Shown here in pieces: positions 23,125-34,224 of a stretch of 64,000 bases of DNA. The notes under the pieces were generated by a model, which was given only the letters and a program-made list of their open reading frames with translations, had not been told where the DNA came from and did no database searches. Source of the DNA: Squalus acanthias (Eukaryota); the NCBI GenBank assembly GCA_030390025.1, contig CM059432.1, positions 91,576,001-91,640,000 of the forward strand. The letters are read 5' to 3'. The position numbers and the translations under genes were made by a program. The number at the start of each line of letters is the position of its first letter. Positions within the stretch are counted from its first letter, which is position 1.

Positions 23125-25790
23125 GTCAGTATGTTTCCTGCCCAACAAGGAAGGAGGCATTGCTGGATCTGGTCCTGGGGAATGAAGTGGGTCAAATGGA
23201 GAATGTCACAGTTGGAGAGCATTTCGGGAACAGTGAACATAGTTTCATAAGGTTTAGATTAGTTATGGAGAAGGACAAGGAGCAATCTAGAGTAAAAATA
23301 CTTAACTGGGGGAGGGCTAATTTCAGCGAATTGAGGAGGAGTCTGGCCTGGGTTAATTGTAGTCAAAGACTGGCAGGCAAAAATGTAATGGAGCAATGGG
23401 CGGCCTTTAAAGAGGAGATGGTTCGGATACAATCTAGGTACATTCCTACAAGGGGGAGGGCGACCAAAGCCAGAGCTCCCTGGTTGATGAAGGAGTTGGA
23501 GAGTAGGATGAAGCATAAAAGGGGGGCGCCCATTTAAAACGGAGATGAGGAGGAATTTCTTCTCTCAGAGGGTTGTGAATCTTTGGAATTCTCTACCCCA
23601 GAGAGCTGTGGAGGCAAGGGTTATGGGGAACGGGCAGGAAAGTGGAGTTGAGGCCAAGATCAGATCAGCCATGATCTTATTGAATGGCAGAGCAGGCCTG
23701 AGGGGCCGAATGGCCTACTCCTGCTCCTATTTCTTATGTTCTTATGACAGATGTCAGCTTGATAATACAAGGGAGAATCAGGCTGAATGTAAAAAGTAAA
23801 GAGAAGTGAAAAAGGAAATAAGAGGGACAAAGAGACAGTACGAGAATAGATTGGCGGCTAACATAAAGGGGAATCCAAAGGTCTTCTATAGGCATATTAA
23901 CAATAAAAAGACTTGCCAGAGGAGTAGTGGGGCCAATTAGGGACCAAAATGGAGAACTACTGGTGAAGGCATGGCTGAGGTACTAAATGAGTGTTTACCA
24001 AGGAAGAGGACTTTGCCAAAGCTATGGTAAACGAGGAGGTTGCTGGGATACTGAATGAGATAAAAATAGATAAAGAGGACGTACTGGAAAGGCTGGTGGT
24101 AATTAAAGTGGATAAGTCACCCGGTCTGGATATGATGCATCCTAGGTTACTAAGGCAAGTAAGGGTAGAAATTGTGGAGGTGCCGGCCACAATCCTAATC
24201 CTCCTTAGATACAGGGGTGGTGCCAAAGGACTGGAGGATTGCAAATGTTACACCCTTGTTCAAATAAGGGGAGAAGGATAAACCTGGCAATTAGAGGCCA
24301 GTCAGTTTAACATCGGTGATAGGGAAGCTTTTAGAAACAATAATCTGTGAGAAAATTAACAGCCACTTGGACAAGCATGGACTAATAAAGGAAAACCAAC
24401 ACAGATTTGTTAAGGGCAAATCATGCTTGATTAACTTGATTGAGTTTTTTGATGAGGTAACAGAGAGGGTGGATGAGGGCAGTGCAGTTGATGTTGTGTA
24501 TATGAACTTTCAAATAGCATTTGGTAGAGTACCACATACTAGGCTTGTTAGCAAAATTGAAGCCCATGAGATAAAAGGGGCAGTAGCAGCATGGATACAA
24601 AATTGGCTAAGGGCTAGAAACAGAGAAGTTGTGGTGAATGGCTGTTTTTCAGACTGGAGGGACATATACAGTGGCATTCCCCAAGTTTCAGTACTAGGAC
24701 CACTACTGTTTTTGCTATACATTAATGACTTGGACTTGGGGGTACAGGGCACAAGTTTCTCTTTTCTATCCCTTAGCCAATTTTGTATCCATGCTGCTAC
24801 TGCCCCTTTTATCTCATGGGCTTCAATTTTGCTAACAAGCCTAGTACGTGGTACTTTACCAAAAAAGTTCAAAATTTGCAGATGACATGAAACTTGGAAG
24901 TGTAATAAACAGTGAGGAATGTAGTAATAGACTTCAAGAAGTCATAGACAAGCTGGTGGAATCGGCGGACACATGGCAGATGAAATTCAGTGCAGAGAAG
25001 TGTGAGGTGATACAATTTGGTAGGAAGAATGAGGAGAGACAATACACAGCTAAATGGTACAATTTTAAAGGGGGTGCAAGTACGGAGAGACCTGGGGATG
25101 CTTGTGCACAAATTATTGAAGGTGGCAGGACAGGTTAACAAAGCAGTTAATAAAGCATATGGGATCCTGGACCTCATAAATAGAGGCATAGAGTAGAAAA
25201 GCCAGAAAGTTATGCTAAACCTATATCAAACACTAGTTCAGCCCCAGCTGGAGTATTGTGTCCAATTCTGGGCACCACACTTTAGGAAGGACATGAAGGC
25301 TTTGGAGAGGCTGCAGAGGAGATTTACTAGAATGGTTCCAGGGATGAGTGCATACAGTTGCGTGGATAGACTAGAGAAGCTGGGGTTGTTCTCCTTGGAG
25401 CAGAGAAGGCTAAGAGGAGATTTGATAGAGGTGTTTAAAATCATGAAGGATTTAGATAGAGTAAATAGAGAAACTGTTTCCAATGGTTGAAGAGTCGATA
25501 ACGAGAGGGCACAGATTTAAGGAGATTGGCAAAAGAACCAGAGGCGACATGAAGAAAAACCTTTTTTTGCAACGAGTGGTTAGGATTTGGAATGCACTGC
25601 CTGATAGGGTGGTGGAAACAGATTCAATAGTAACCTTCAAAAGGGAATTGGATAAATACTTGAAGGAGAAACAAATTGCAAGGATATGGGGAAAGAGCGG
25701 GGGAATGGGATTAACTGGATTGCTCTTCGAAAGAGCCGGACTCGATAGGCCGAATGGCCTCCTTCTGTGCTGTACTATTCTATGATTCTA
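23125..25790 (+). mobile_element. CR1 LINE ORF2 (long, degenerate), with a nested CR1 3' fragment (~23529-23742) and an inverted duplication (~24751-24862)
   Basis: ALLDLVL, KSPGLDMMHPRLL, KSCLINLIEFF, KFADDMKL, 3' hairpin and TTCTATGATTCTA tail. Confidence 0.92.
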
Positions 25791-26421
25791 AGTGTTTCCA
25801 GTTGATGGCAGTGGCATGATTAAAGAAGGGAGAAAAAAATAATTGCTTTATTCTGCCAACATCAGTATTGTTTACCTTGTAACATTACACAGTGGTGAAA
25901 ATAAAACTAGTGTTACACAGGAATAAGTATCTTGCATGGAGTTCGAGAGACATCGCGAGAACAATTAACAACCAGGAGGAGAGCAAATCCTCAGGCTTAT
26001 ACTTAGGGAGTTGGAAGATAATAATGACTTTCTGAATGTTTTTACTTTTTGGTTATTTATAAAATATTATAGTTATTTTCCATTAAAATAAAATTTGCAG
26101 AATAAAATAAATATTGGCCTGTTTCAGTGCTTTTAGTACATTTGTTAATCTTTTCAGGGCTAAAAAATTTAATGAATTTGAGATTATGGGTTTTCACACT
26201 CATAAGATGCCCCTTATAATGCAGTATTACCAATATGATATGCTACATATAAACAGCATTGGTACAAGTCTCTGGGTCACAAAGTTTACAATATGGCTCC
26301 CATGAACATGTGATTTATAATTTTGTAGCTCTATTTCAGGATTGTTAGCCCAATGCTGCTACTTTCTATGTATAAGCTCTGATGTCTTATTTGTTACTGC
26401 ACCTGACTTGCAGATATTGCT

Positions 26422-26448
26422 ATGTGGAAACCTGTCAGCAATGACTGA
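26422..26448 (+). other. Overlapping upstream ORF (MWKPVSND*) across the PKIA start codon
   Basis: ATG TGG AAA CCT GTC AGC AAT GAC TGA, starting 19 nt upstream of the main ATG and out of frame, inside the exon that begins at 26414. Confidence 0.55.
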
Positions 26449-26591
26449 TGTTGAAACCTCGTATGCAGACTTCATTGCTTCAGGACGGACAGGCCGGAGA
26501 AATGCACTACACGACATCCTGGGTTCTCCTTCAGGTGTAAGCACAAGCGACTTAAGCCTTAAGTTAGCAGAGCTGAGTATTGACAAAAAAG
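26441..26591 (+). CDS. PKIA: cAMP-dependent protein kinase inhibitor alpha, coding exon 1 (exon probably starts at 26414)
   Basis: MTDVETSYADFIASGRTGRRNALHDILGSPSGVSTSDLSLKLAELSIDKK: PKI inhibitory peptide (GRTGRRNA pseudosubstrate) and NES LSLKLAELSI. Acceptor ttgcag ends at 26413; phase-1 donor GTGAGG at 26592. Confidence 0.95.
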
Positions 26592-27132
26592 GTGAGGGTC
26601 ATTCATACTATCAGTTCTTTTAACTGGTTATTTATGGTCTTAGAATATCAGCTTTGTAGTCATTGTAATCCAGTTATAAGAGAAGGATAATCTCTTTTGT
26701 TATATGTCATTTATATAATAGAAGGTGCTAGATTGCAGTCAGTGGTTAACATAGCAATAAACCAGTTGAGGGGTTCAGTTGATGTTCTATCCCTGTTTTT
26801 TAATCCCACATTTGGGTTACTGCCCATTATTTATTGACCACCATCCAGTATCATGGGAGTGTGTATATTCTAGGGAGATCAGTAAAGTTTTATTTGATAA
26901 GATATTTTTTTTAACCAGATGTAGATTTGATGTTGTGGGGTCTAATGTATTAGGCCTGAGACCTATGACCCTGACAGGATATGGGTTATTTTGTAATGTG
27001 AACAAATGTGCACAAGGAACTGGCTCAAGACTACCCAAATTCATTTTGTATAGTTCCCATACACCCAATAGAGAGAGGAGACTTTCATACTATCGTTCCG
27101 GGTTGAATTTGAATGCAAGCATAAAAGGACAT

Positions 27133-28005
27133 TGTGCTGATGACACTAAGTTAGGTGGCATAGTAAATAGTGTAGATAGGAGCAGAAAGTTGCTAAGGGA
27201 CGTTGATAGATTAAGTGAGTGGGCAAAACTGTGGCCGATGGAGTTCAATGTGGGGAAGTGTGAGGTCATCCACTTTGGTCCTAGAAAAAATAAATCAGAG
27301 TATTTTCTAAATGGCGAGAAGCTCGGAACTGTGGAGGAGCAGAGATATTATGGGGTACAAGTACAGAGATCAATAAAAGCTAATGGACAGGTACAAAAAA
27401 TAATTAAAAAGGCTAATGGAATGTTGGCTTTTATCTCAAGGGGTTTAGAATACAAAGGGGTGGAAGTTATAATAAAGCTCTGCTTAGACCCCAGTTAGAG
27501 TAAAGCATTCAGTTCTGGGCAACACACCTCAGGAAGGATATATTAGCCTTGGAGGGGGTGCAGCACAGATTCACCAGAATGGTACTGGGGCTAACAGGGT
27601 TAAATTATGAGGACAGGTTGCACAGACTAGGCTTATATTTCCTTGTGCATAAAAGATTAAGGGGTGGTGTAATTGAGGTGTTTAAGATGATTAAAGGATT
27701 TGATAGGGTAGAGAGAGAGAAACTATTTCCTCCGGTGGGGGGAGTCCAGAAGACATAACCTTAAAATTAGAGCTAGGATGTCGGGAAGCATTTCTTCACA
27801 CAAAGAGTTGTGGAAATCTGGAACTCTCTCCCCTAAAAAGCTGTTGAGGCTAGGTCAATTGAAAATTTCAAAACTGAGATTGATAGATTTTTGTTAGGCA
27901 AGGGTATTAAGGGTTACGGAACCAAGAGAGGTAGAAGGTGTAAAGATACAGATCAGCCATGATCTAATAGAATGGCGGAACAGGCTCGAAGGCCTGTTCC
28001 TATGA
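27133..28005 (+). mobile_element. CR1 LINE 3' fragment inside the PKIA coding intron
   Basis: ADDTKLGG, WPMEFNVGKC, RLRGGVIEVFK. Confidence 0.88.
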
Positions 28006-28154
28006 TGCACTTTGCTACCCAGATCTTTAAAAAAATTAATTGTTGTCATTCGCCATTAGTTGGCTAAGAGCAGAGGACCTTAACCATGTTGTTTTAGTTA
28101 ATTAATTCACTGCAACACTGGCCATAATTTGCAGTAAAGTATATAAGAATAACA

Positions 28155-28228
28155 CAAAAGCAAAATACTGGGATGGCGGAAATCTGAAATAAAAACAGAA
28201 AAGGCTGAAAACACTCAGCAAGTCAAAT
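28155..28228 (-). mobile_element. Penelope pLTR fragment
   Basis: GAAATCTGAAATAAAAACAGAAAAGGCTGAAAACACTCAGCAAGTCA matches the reverse complement of 42250-42293 and the sequence at 61604-61650. Confidence 0.65.
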
Positions 28229-28285
28229 ACCATTCCTTTCAACAACGCTTTTAAAGATTTCTAAATTGACTTTCCTTTTTATTAG

Positions 28286-28368
28286 AAGGGGATGCTGAAA
28301 AGGAAACACAGACTTCAACAAACCAACCTTCTGGATCTCAGGAGGCACAAGAAAAGAGAGAAAGTTAA
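28286..28368 (+). CDS. PKIA: PKIA coding exon 2
   Basis: Polypyrimidine tract plus attag acceptor. In phase 1 it reads EGDAEKETQTSTNQPSGSQEAQEKRES*, giving a 77-aa protein ending in ES, as mammalian PKIA does. Confidence 0.85.
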
Positions 28369-30430
28369 TCTGTCAGAAACATCTTGAACTTGCTGGTACT
28401 GCTTAACAGTTCTTTTGTTACCTAAAGTCATCAGAGGTTGTATACAGAGGAAAGTTAAGAAATTGGAAAATGAGTACCTTAGAAGATTGGCACTCAGCAA
28501 ATGGACTCTTTATTTTGTGGACTGAATATATCACAACACACAAAATGGACTCTACCTTCCACTTTCTCAATGGTTGAAGAGTTGCTGAACTGAACAATTA
28601 AAGAAAATGTGATTTATGGATCAGTTACATCCACAATTAGCTTTAGGAGGATGATGGAACAGATCAAGTATCTGCTCTAGTTGTCAGTCTTTAGTGTGTC
28701 AATATGTGTCAATATCCAAGACAGAGGATCCTATCACATTTTTAAAAAGATTCAGTGATCCATAGAGGACTATAGGTGCCCTGACCAAAGCCCTATAGTC
28801 GCGAATCCTGAAATGGTTTTCATTTGATTTTTGGAAGTGACCAGAAACAGTGCTTTACTGATGCTTGTGTGCACTCAGCACTGTTTACCTGAATGCGTGT
28901 CAACTAGAGAGTGTCTTTGGTCAAATGTAGTTGAAAGGATAGAACCTTTGTAATATAACTGACCTGCTAGGTGCTTACAGTAGTTGTTTGTAAAGATTTG
29001 CTTTAAAATAGTTGGTGTTGTAAAGAATTTTAATTGGATTACTGAAATATGAAATTCACCAAGCATTTGCATTGAGTTTCATGAAGAATCAGCCTCTAGG
29101 CACGCGCATATCCCTGTAGTTTACCATATTTATAATTTGGATTCAGGATAGCTGTCACTATTAAAAGCTCAGCATTCCCAGAGATGCAGATAACCCGGTG
29201 TGGTTTATTCAACTCAAGTATAAATGTTTACTTTATTGATCTGTAAAATATTCATTCTTCTTTATCAGCACCAGAGTTTGTGGAGAGACGGAAGTTGTAT
29301 TGAAAGAACTGACCATTGTCCATGATGATTTCTGGTCATAACTGGTTCAAATATTAAAAATATGATCTTGTAATCTGAAACATTACATGTGTATTTACAA
29401 TTACTTTAATTTCACAGGATTAACCCTTTTTACTGACATAAATCTATATGTGCTTTTAATGGAATGCCTCCCAACAATATAATCCTACATTTGAATTGTG
29501 CTATTTTAATTTTTGTCCTATCAATATAAATTGCCATCCTAGTCACACCCTGTCAGTGAGTAGATAAATCTATTGAACAGAGCATTTTAACCAAATTCCT
29601 TATTATTTCTATTCATAATCTTGCTGCAAAATTATGAGCTTTTCGCTGAATCAGTAGTCAGTAAAGGGTTAAGTAAATATGTTGCTCTTCCAGCAAACTT
29701 ACAATGAAAAAGTACATCACTTTTTCAGACTTAAATTACAATGACCTTTTTCCAGGAACTAAGCAAACATTACGTACTTTTAGAGCTTTATAACCTTTGA
29801 TACATTTTGTGTATTTCTTTTATATCAGTCAACCATTCGAGATTCTGAAACATAGTTTTACTAAAGTATTGGTAAAGATTAACCACATTTACTGTTTTCA
29901 ATTTAAGTGTGTCAGTTAATCTTGCACTGACAGTTTTATTGTGAAATGTATGGGTATGAGGCATAGTATTAATTGTTCTAATAACATTTCTAATTGTTGA
30001 TCATTTTCAAAATCCAGTAGTCAAATATGCTAACATCCATGGAGTAAATATAGCTTTGCACTATTATCTAAATAACCATTGTTAAACTGTTAGGAGGAAG
30101 CTTCATACTGGACCTTTCTTAGTACATGCTTATTGGTTAAGAGGTAATGAATGAAAGGATACAATTTGCAGGAATTATGCACTCCTAGATTAGTTGAGAA
30201 CCAATCAAAGTCTCGGAATGTCTTGAAGTGCATTGTTTATCAATAATGAACCTTGCATTTTTATGATTTCTCTCATGTAATGTCTAAATGTGTCAGTATT
30301 GTTGCTCTGTTCAATTATGAACAAGTTGAATATCCAATATCCTGCTCACTTTTTTGTATGTCTTTTTAGTGTATTTTGAAATGTTCATCTTTTGCTTTAA
30401 ACAATTAAAAACAATCCTTATGTAATTGTG
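28369..30430 (+). other. PKIA: Probable PKIA 3' UTR; candidate poly(A) signal ATTAAA at 30404-30409
   Basis: About 2 kb of AT-rich sequence with no recognisable repeats. ATTAAA is followed by a GT-rich tract; alternative AATAAA at 30849. Confidence 0.6.
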
Positions 30431-32234
30431 ATCCAGAGAACATGGAAAATACTTTTAGAAGTCTTTCAAGTAACAGAATCAGGATCAGGATCAGGATTAG
30501 TCAGTGGGGGGGGGGGGGGACTGTTGATTTGGGGGATAGTGTAACATAGGCGATATCGGATCAGCCGCCAGTTATACATCTCCCCCAGTTTTCATTTATA
30601 CTGAAGTCAATAGAAATGAAAATCAGGGGAGATGTATTATGCGCGGCTGATCTGATGTCGCCCATTTTACACCATCGCCAAAGTCAAATTACCCTTAGTG
30701 TGTTTTGCATAATTCAATGAATTCAGTTCATACGAAATGAGAAAACGGAGCAGTGGAGAAGGCAGTGATGGCTAGAAATTGTGATTTGAAATAGCAGTGA
30801 TCTGCTGTTGGTGGGTATATGTTTGATATTCTGTACGTATTTTCATGAAATAAATTTGCACCTTGTGCTTGTAAATGTGAAAGAATTTGCACCTTCTTGT
30901 GGCTGACCTAAATCTTGGCCTCTGCACAATATATGTGCACAACGGCAGGCTTCTAATCTGATGTCACAAACCTATTTATTCTTCAGCAAACATTGTATTG
31001 CACAAGCGATGAAAATACAAAGAATAAGTAAAATGCAATTTGCCTCTGCAACATGCTAGGGCTCCCAGTGCTGTGCAGTCCATCTTACATTGTGGGATAG
31101 ATTCCACAGCACCAACACAATTTAAAAAAAATCACAATTGTGTCCTTCATTTCCTCGCTGTGGACTTTTCACATTGGTTGGTGAAGGCCAGCACAGAACC
31201 GCAATACGAAAACTGTACCACTGACCTGTTTGGACAGGCTGAGCACTCTATATGCACAGAGCCAGAAAAATGGCAGCAAGTGCCAACACTTAACACCAAT
31301 TGCACTGCTGCCTCTGGAGGAATCTTGGAAAACTATTTCCTGAAGTGATTCTATATGCTACTTTTGACACTAGCGATGCCCTATTTATATTAAAGGTTTG
31401 ACACCTTCAGCAGGTGACTTCAGTAATATAATTATAGATAATGGGGATGTTATAATTCTGGTCTACTGGGGGAGGAACTACAGTGGTGTAGCACACTGGA
31501 ACACACCACAGAGTAGTCAGATGCAGTTTCTGTCCCTGATCCTTCACACAGTGAGTTACCTATCTTGGCTGTGCTGTCGTGAGAAATCACAAACTGGAGA
31601 TGATAAGCTTCTCCACAAGGAGGGAAAGTGACCCTCAGATACATTTACATATACCGTTACAGACAGTTTCAGAGCAACACTGACAGAAACTGAGAAGCAG
31701 GTCACTCACCTGCCCTCAGTCAGGGATGTGGGCAACCTATAAAGGGAGGGCAAGATTTATTTTTTTAAAAAGCTTCTCACTCTCAACAAACAAATACAGA
31801 ACTCTGCTCGACTGTGGGAGGGAATTTTCTACAGTTCCTGTTCTATGCCAGTTGCAGCGGAATTGCATTCAAAGTAACAGCTAAAATGACATGGGTGAAA
31901 TACACAGTGACAGCCAAACTACACACATGAAGAAACTTGTCAACATTTTGTGACCTGAATTCTTTTGATCAGATCATTGCACACCACTTCAAGTGCTTCT
32001 CTATTATTAACACTGTCTCTGAGCCATGCTATCATTAGTGGGGAGAGGAAATATAACTGCGAACACTTCCAATTTTATCACTGTGGATGGAGATGGTAGG
32101 GGAAATTGTCAATTTCACTCAAAATTATAGGAAATATGCAGAGAATAGTGGACAAGTTTACAAGAGAGTTTCAAGAATGCTTTAAAGCATAAACATGAAT
32201 CTTGAACAGTTTGTTTTCTGAACCCTGAGATAAT

Positions 32235-32986
32235 AGCCCAGAATTGGCTCGAGCGGGCCATCTCACAGCGAGCCCTGTTAGTTAGACTTGTTCCTGCACC
32301 CTTCAGCTCCATGTTTTCCCAGAAAGTTTTTGGAAGTACAAGCTGATAACGGTACAGCGAGGGCAACATGGCATCTGGGACCTTGGAGAACTATGGGACC
32401 AACAGTCTATTTCCGTAGCCAATGATATTTAAGATTGAGAAATAAACAGAGGAAGGACTGAGAAGGAGGGTGAATTAGAGTGGGTGCATTCAATGTCAAA
32501 TCAGGTACAGGAAAGAAATAAAGAGAAGGAAAGAAAGATTTGATTAAGAGAGAGAGAAAAAGGAGACAAAGGAAAAGTAAGAAAAAAATGTAAATTTGAT
32601 ATTTTTAAAATCTCCAACAACAATTCACTACATGCAGGAATGTTTTTAATGTTCACTTTCTGGGCCTAAGAGGTTGTTTGGCAGTCATTAACAAATATCA
32701 CTTTGTTAAAATGGTATTTATGGTATTAATTACTAGATTTAACTTTCCATGGCAAGTTTAATGGTCAATTAATGTGCAAATGCAGCAACTTCATGAAACT
32801 CATGGGGAAGTTAAGGGCAGGATGCCGTTTTCACAAAGCTAATGGCGGAGCGGCATAAATCATTCAGCAACTTGTGGCGATTCGCAATTCACGGGGTATC
32901 TCTTTGACACAAATTGCTAGACAATTTGCACATTAATAACAGTGTACGTCATTCACACGCAGTTATTTTTCTGCAAATTCTGAGCC
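32235..32986. mobile_element. Harbinger-type MITE, related to the outer element at 48074-56762
   Basis: Ends AGCCCAGAATTGGC / GCAAATTCTGAGCC, TSD AAT. Confidence 0.65.
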
Positions 32987-32989
32987 AAT

Positions 32990-33860
32990 GGCCGAGGTAT
33001 TTACTTGAAGATGCATTGGGAGCAGGGGGGGCGGGTATTGCGGGTGTCCACTATCGTGTGGGAAACCTGGAAGTAAGTTCAACGTGTCTCTCTGTGGCTT
33101 TTTAACGCAGTTACCTTATTACCATTTTACTTCTGGATTTGCCGTCCAATTCGCAACAGCGGGCATGTTGAGGACCCACATGACGCAATCTTAACTCCAG
33201 CATTTAAAGGACCAATCCAAAGATGGAATTTGGAGGAGTCGTAATTAAGAAGAGATGAGCAACTTCAACAATGGATTCGAGATGTTCAAAGGCTGCACCC
33301 CGGTTCAATGACACCTCGCTTAATGCGCTGCTGGGGGCAGTGAGGAGTCGGAGGGAGGTAGTATTTCTTAGCAACAGAAGGAAGAAACATGCTGCTGACA
33401 CCAAGAAAGCATGGCTGGAGGTGGCCGAGGAGGTCAGCAGCAGGAACATTGTGTCACGCTCCTGCATTCAGTGCAGGAAGCGCTTTAATGACCTAAGCAG
33501 GTCAGGAAAGGTGAGTACAGTTGCACATTCACCTACATCCTGCTATGCGCATCCCCCCACCCCCTCACTCTGCCTTCACAAGCCTACTCCATCATATCAC
33601 TCCTCACACCCAATTACCTTGCATGCCCACCCATCCTTCCCTTTCTATGCTCTTCCTTACATCCCCATCTATCCATCCACCATTCCCATTCACCCTCATC
33701 CTTATGCAATATCATGCCTCTCCCTCATTGTCACCCTCACCAAATGCACTCCATCCATTGGGTGAACACATGCCATTGCATTCACTCATAGGTCTGTTCT
33801 TTCCCTCATTGCAGAAGAAGAGAGCACAGAACACTGAAAGAAATGGAGGTGGCCGTCAAC
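32990..33860 (+). mobile_element. Harbinger end with Myb/SANT-like gene (exon 1 33271-33510, exon 2 from ~33814), truncated by a CR1 fragment (~33865-34220)
   Basis: Terminus GGCCGAGGTATTTACTTG resembles the reverse complement of 56519-56539. MDSRCSKAAPRFNDTSLNALLGAVRSRREVVF...KKAWLEVAEEVSS...CRKRFNDL, donor AAG|GTGAGT, acceptor ttgcag|AAGAAGAGAGCA. Confidence 0.8.
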
Positions 33861-34224
33861 ACATTGTTTACCAAGGAAGAGGACTTTGGCAAAGCTACAG
33901 TAAACAAGAAGGTTGTCGGGATACTGGATGAGATGAAATTAGATGAAGAGGAGGTACCAGAATGACTGGCAGTACTTAAAGTGGATAAGTCACCCAGGCC
34001 GCATATGATGCTTCCTAGGTTGCTGAGGGAAGTCAGGGTAGAAATTGCGGAGGTGCTGGCCACAATCTTCCAATCCTCCTTAGATACAGGGGTGGTGCCA
34101 GAGGAATGGAGGATTGAAAATGTTACACCCTTGTTGAAAAAAAGGGGAGAAGGATAAACCTGGCAATTACAGGCCAGTCAGTTTAACGTCGGTAGTGGGG
34201 AAGCTTTTAGAAACAATAATATAA

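Noticed and set aside
16742..23125. CR1 5' part (15.3-16.7 kb) and CR1 ORF2 (from 23.1 kb) as one split element
   Set aside because: The gap holds older, heterogeneous sequence with no bounding TSD, and part of the endonuclease is missing.
26342..26440. N-terminal extension of PKIA in the ORF track
   Set aside because: It starts at a non-ATG codon and crosses the splice acceptor at 26413. PKI homology starts at ATG 26441.
26779..27498. 239-aa ORF in the PKIA intron
   Set aside because: A chance fusion of intron sequence with a CR1 RT fragment.
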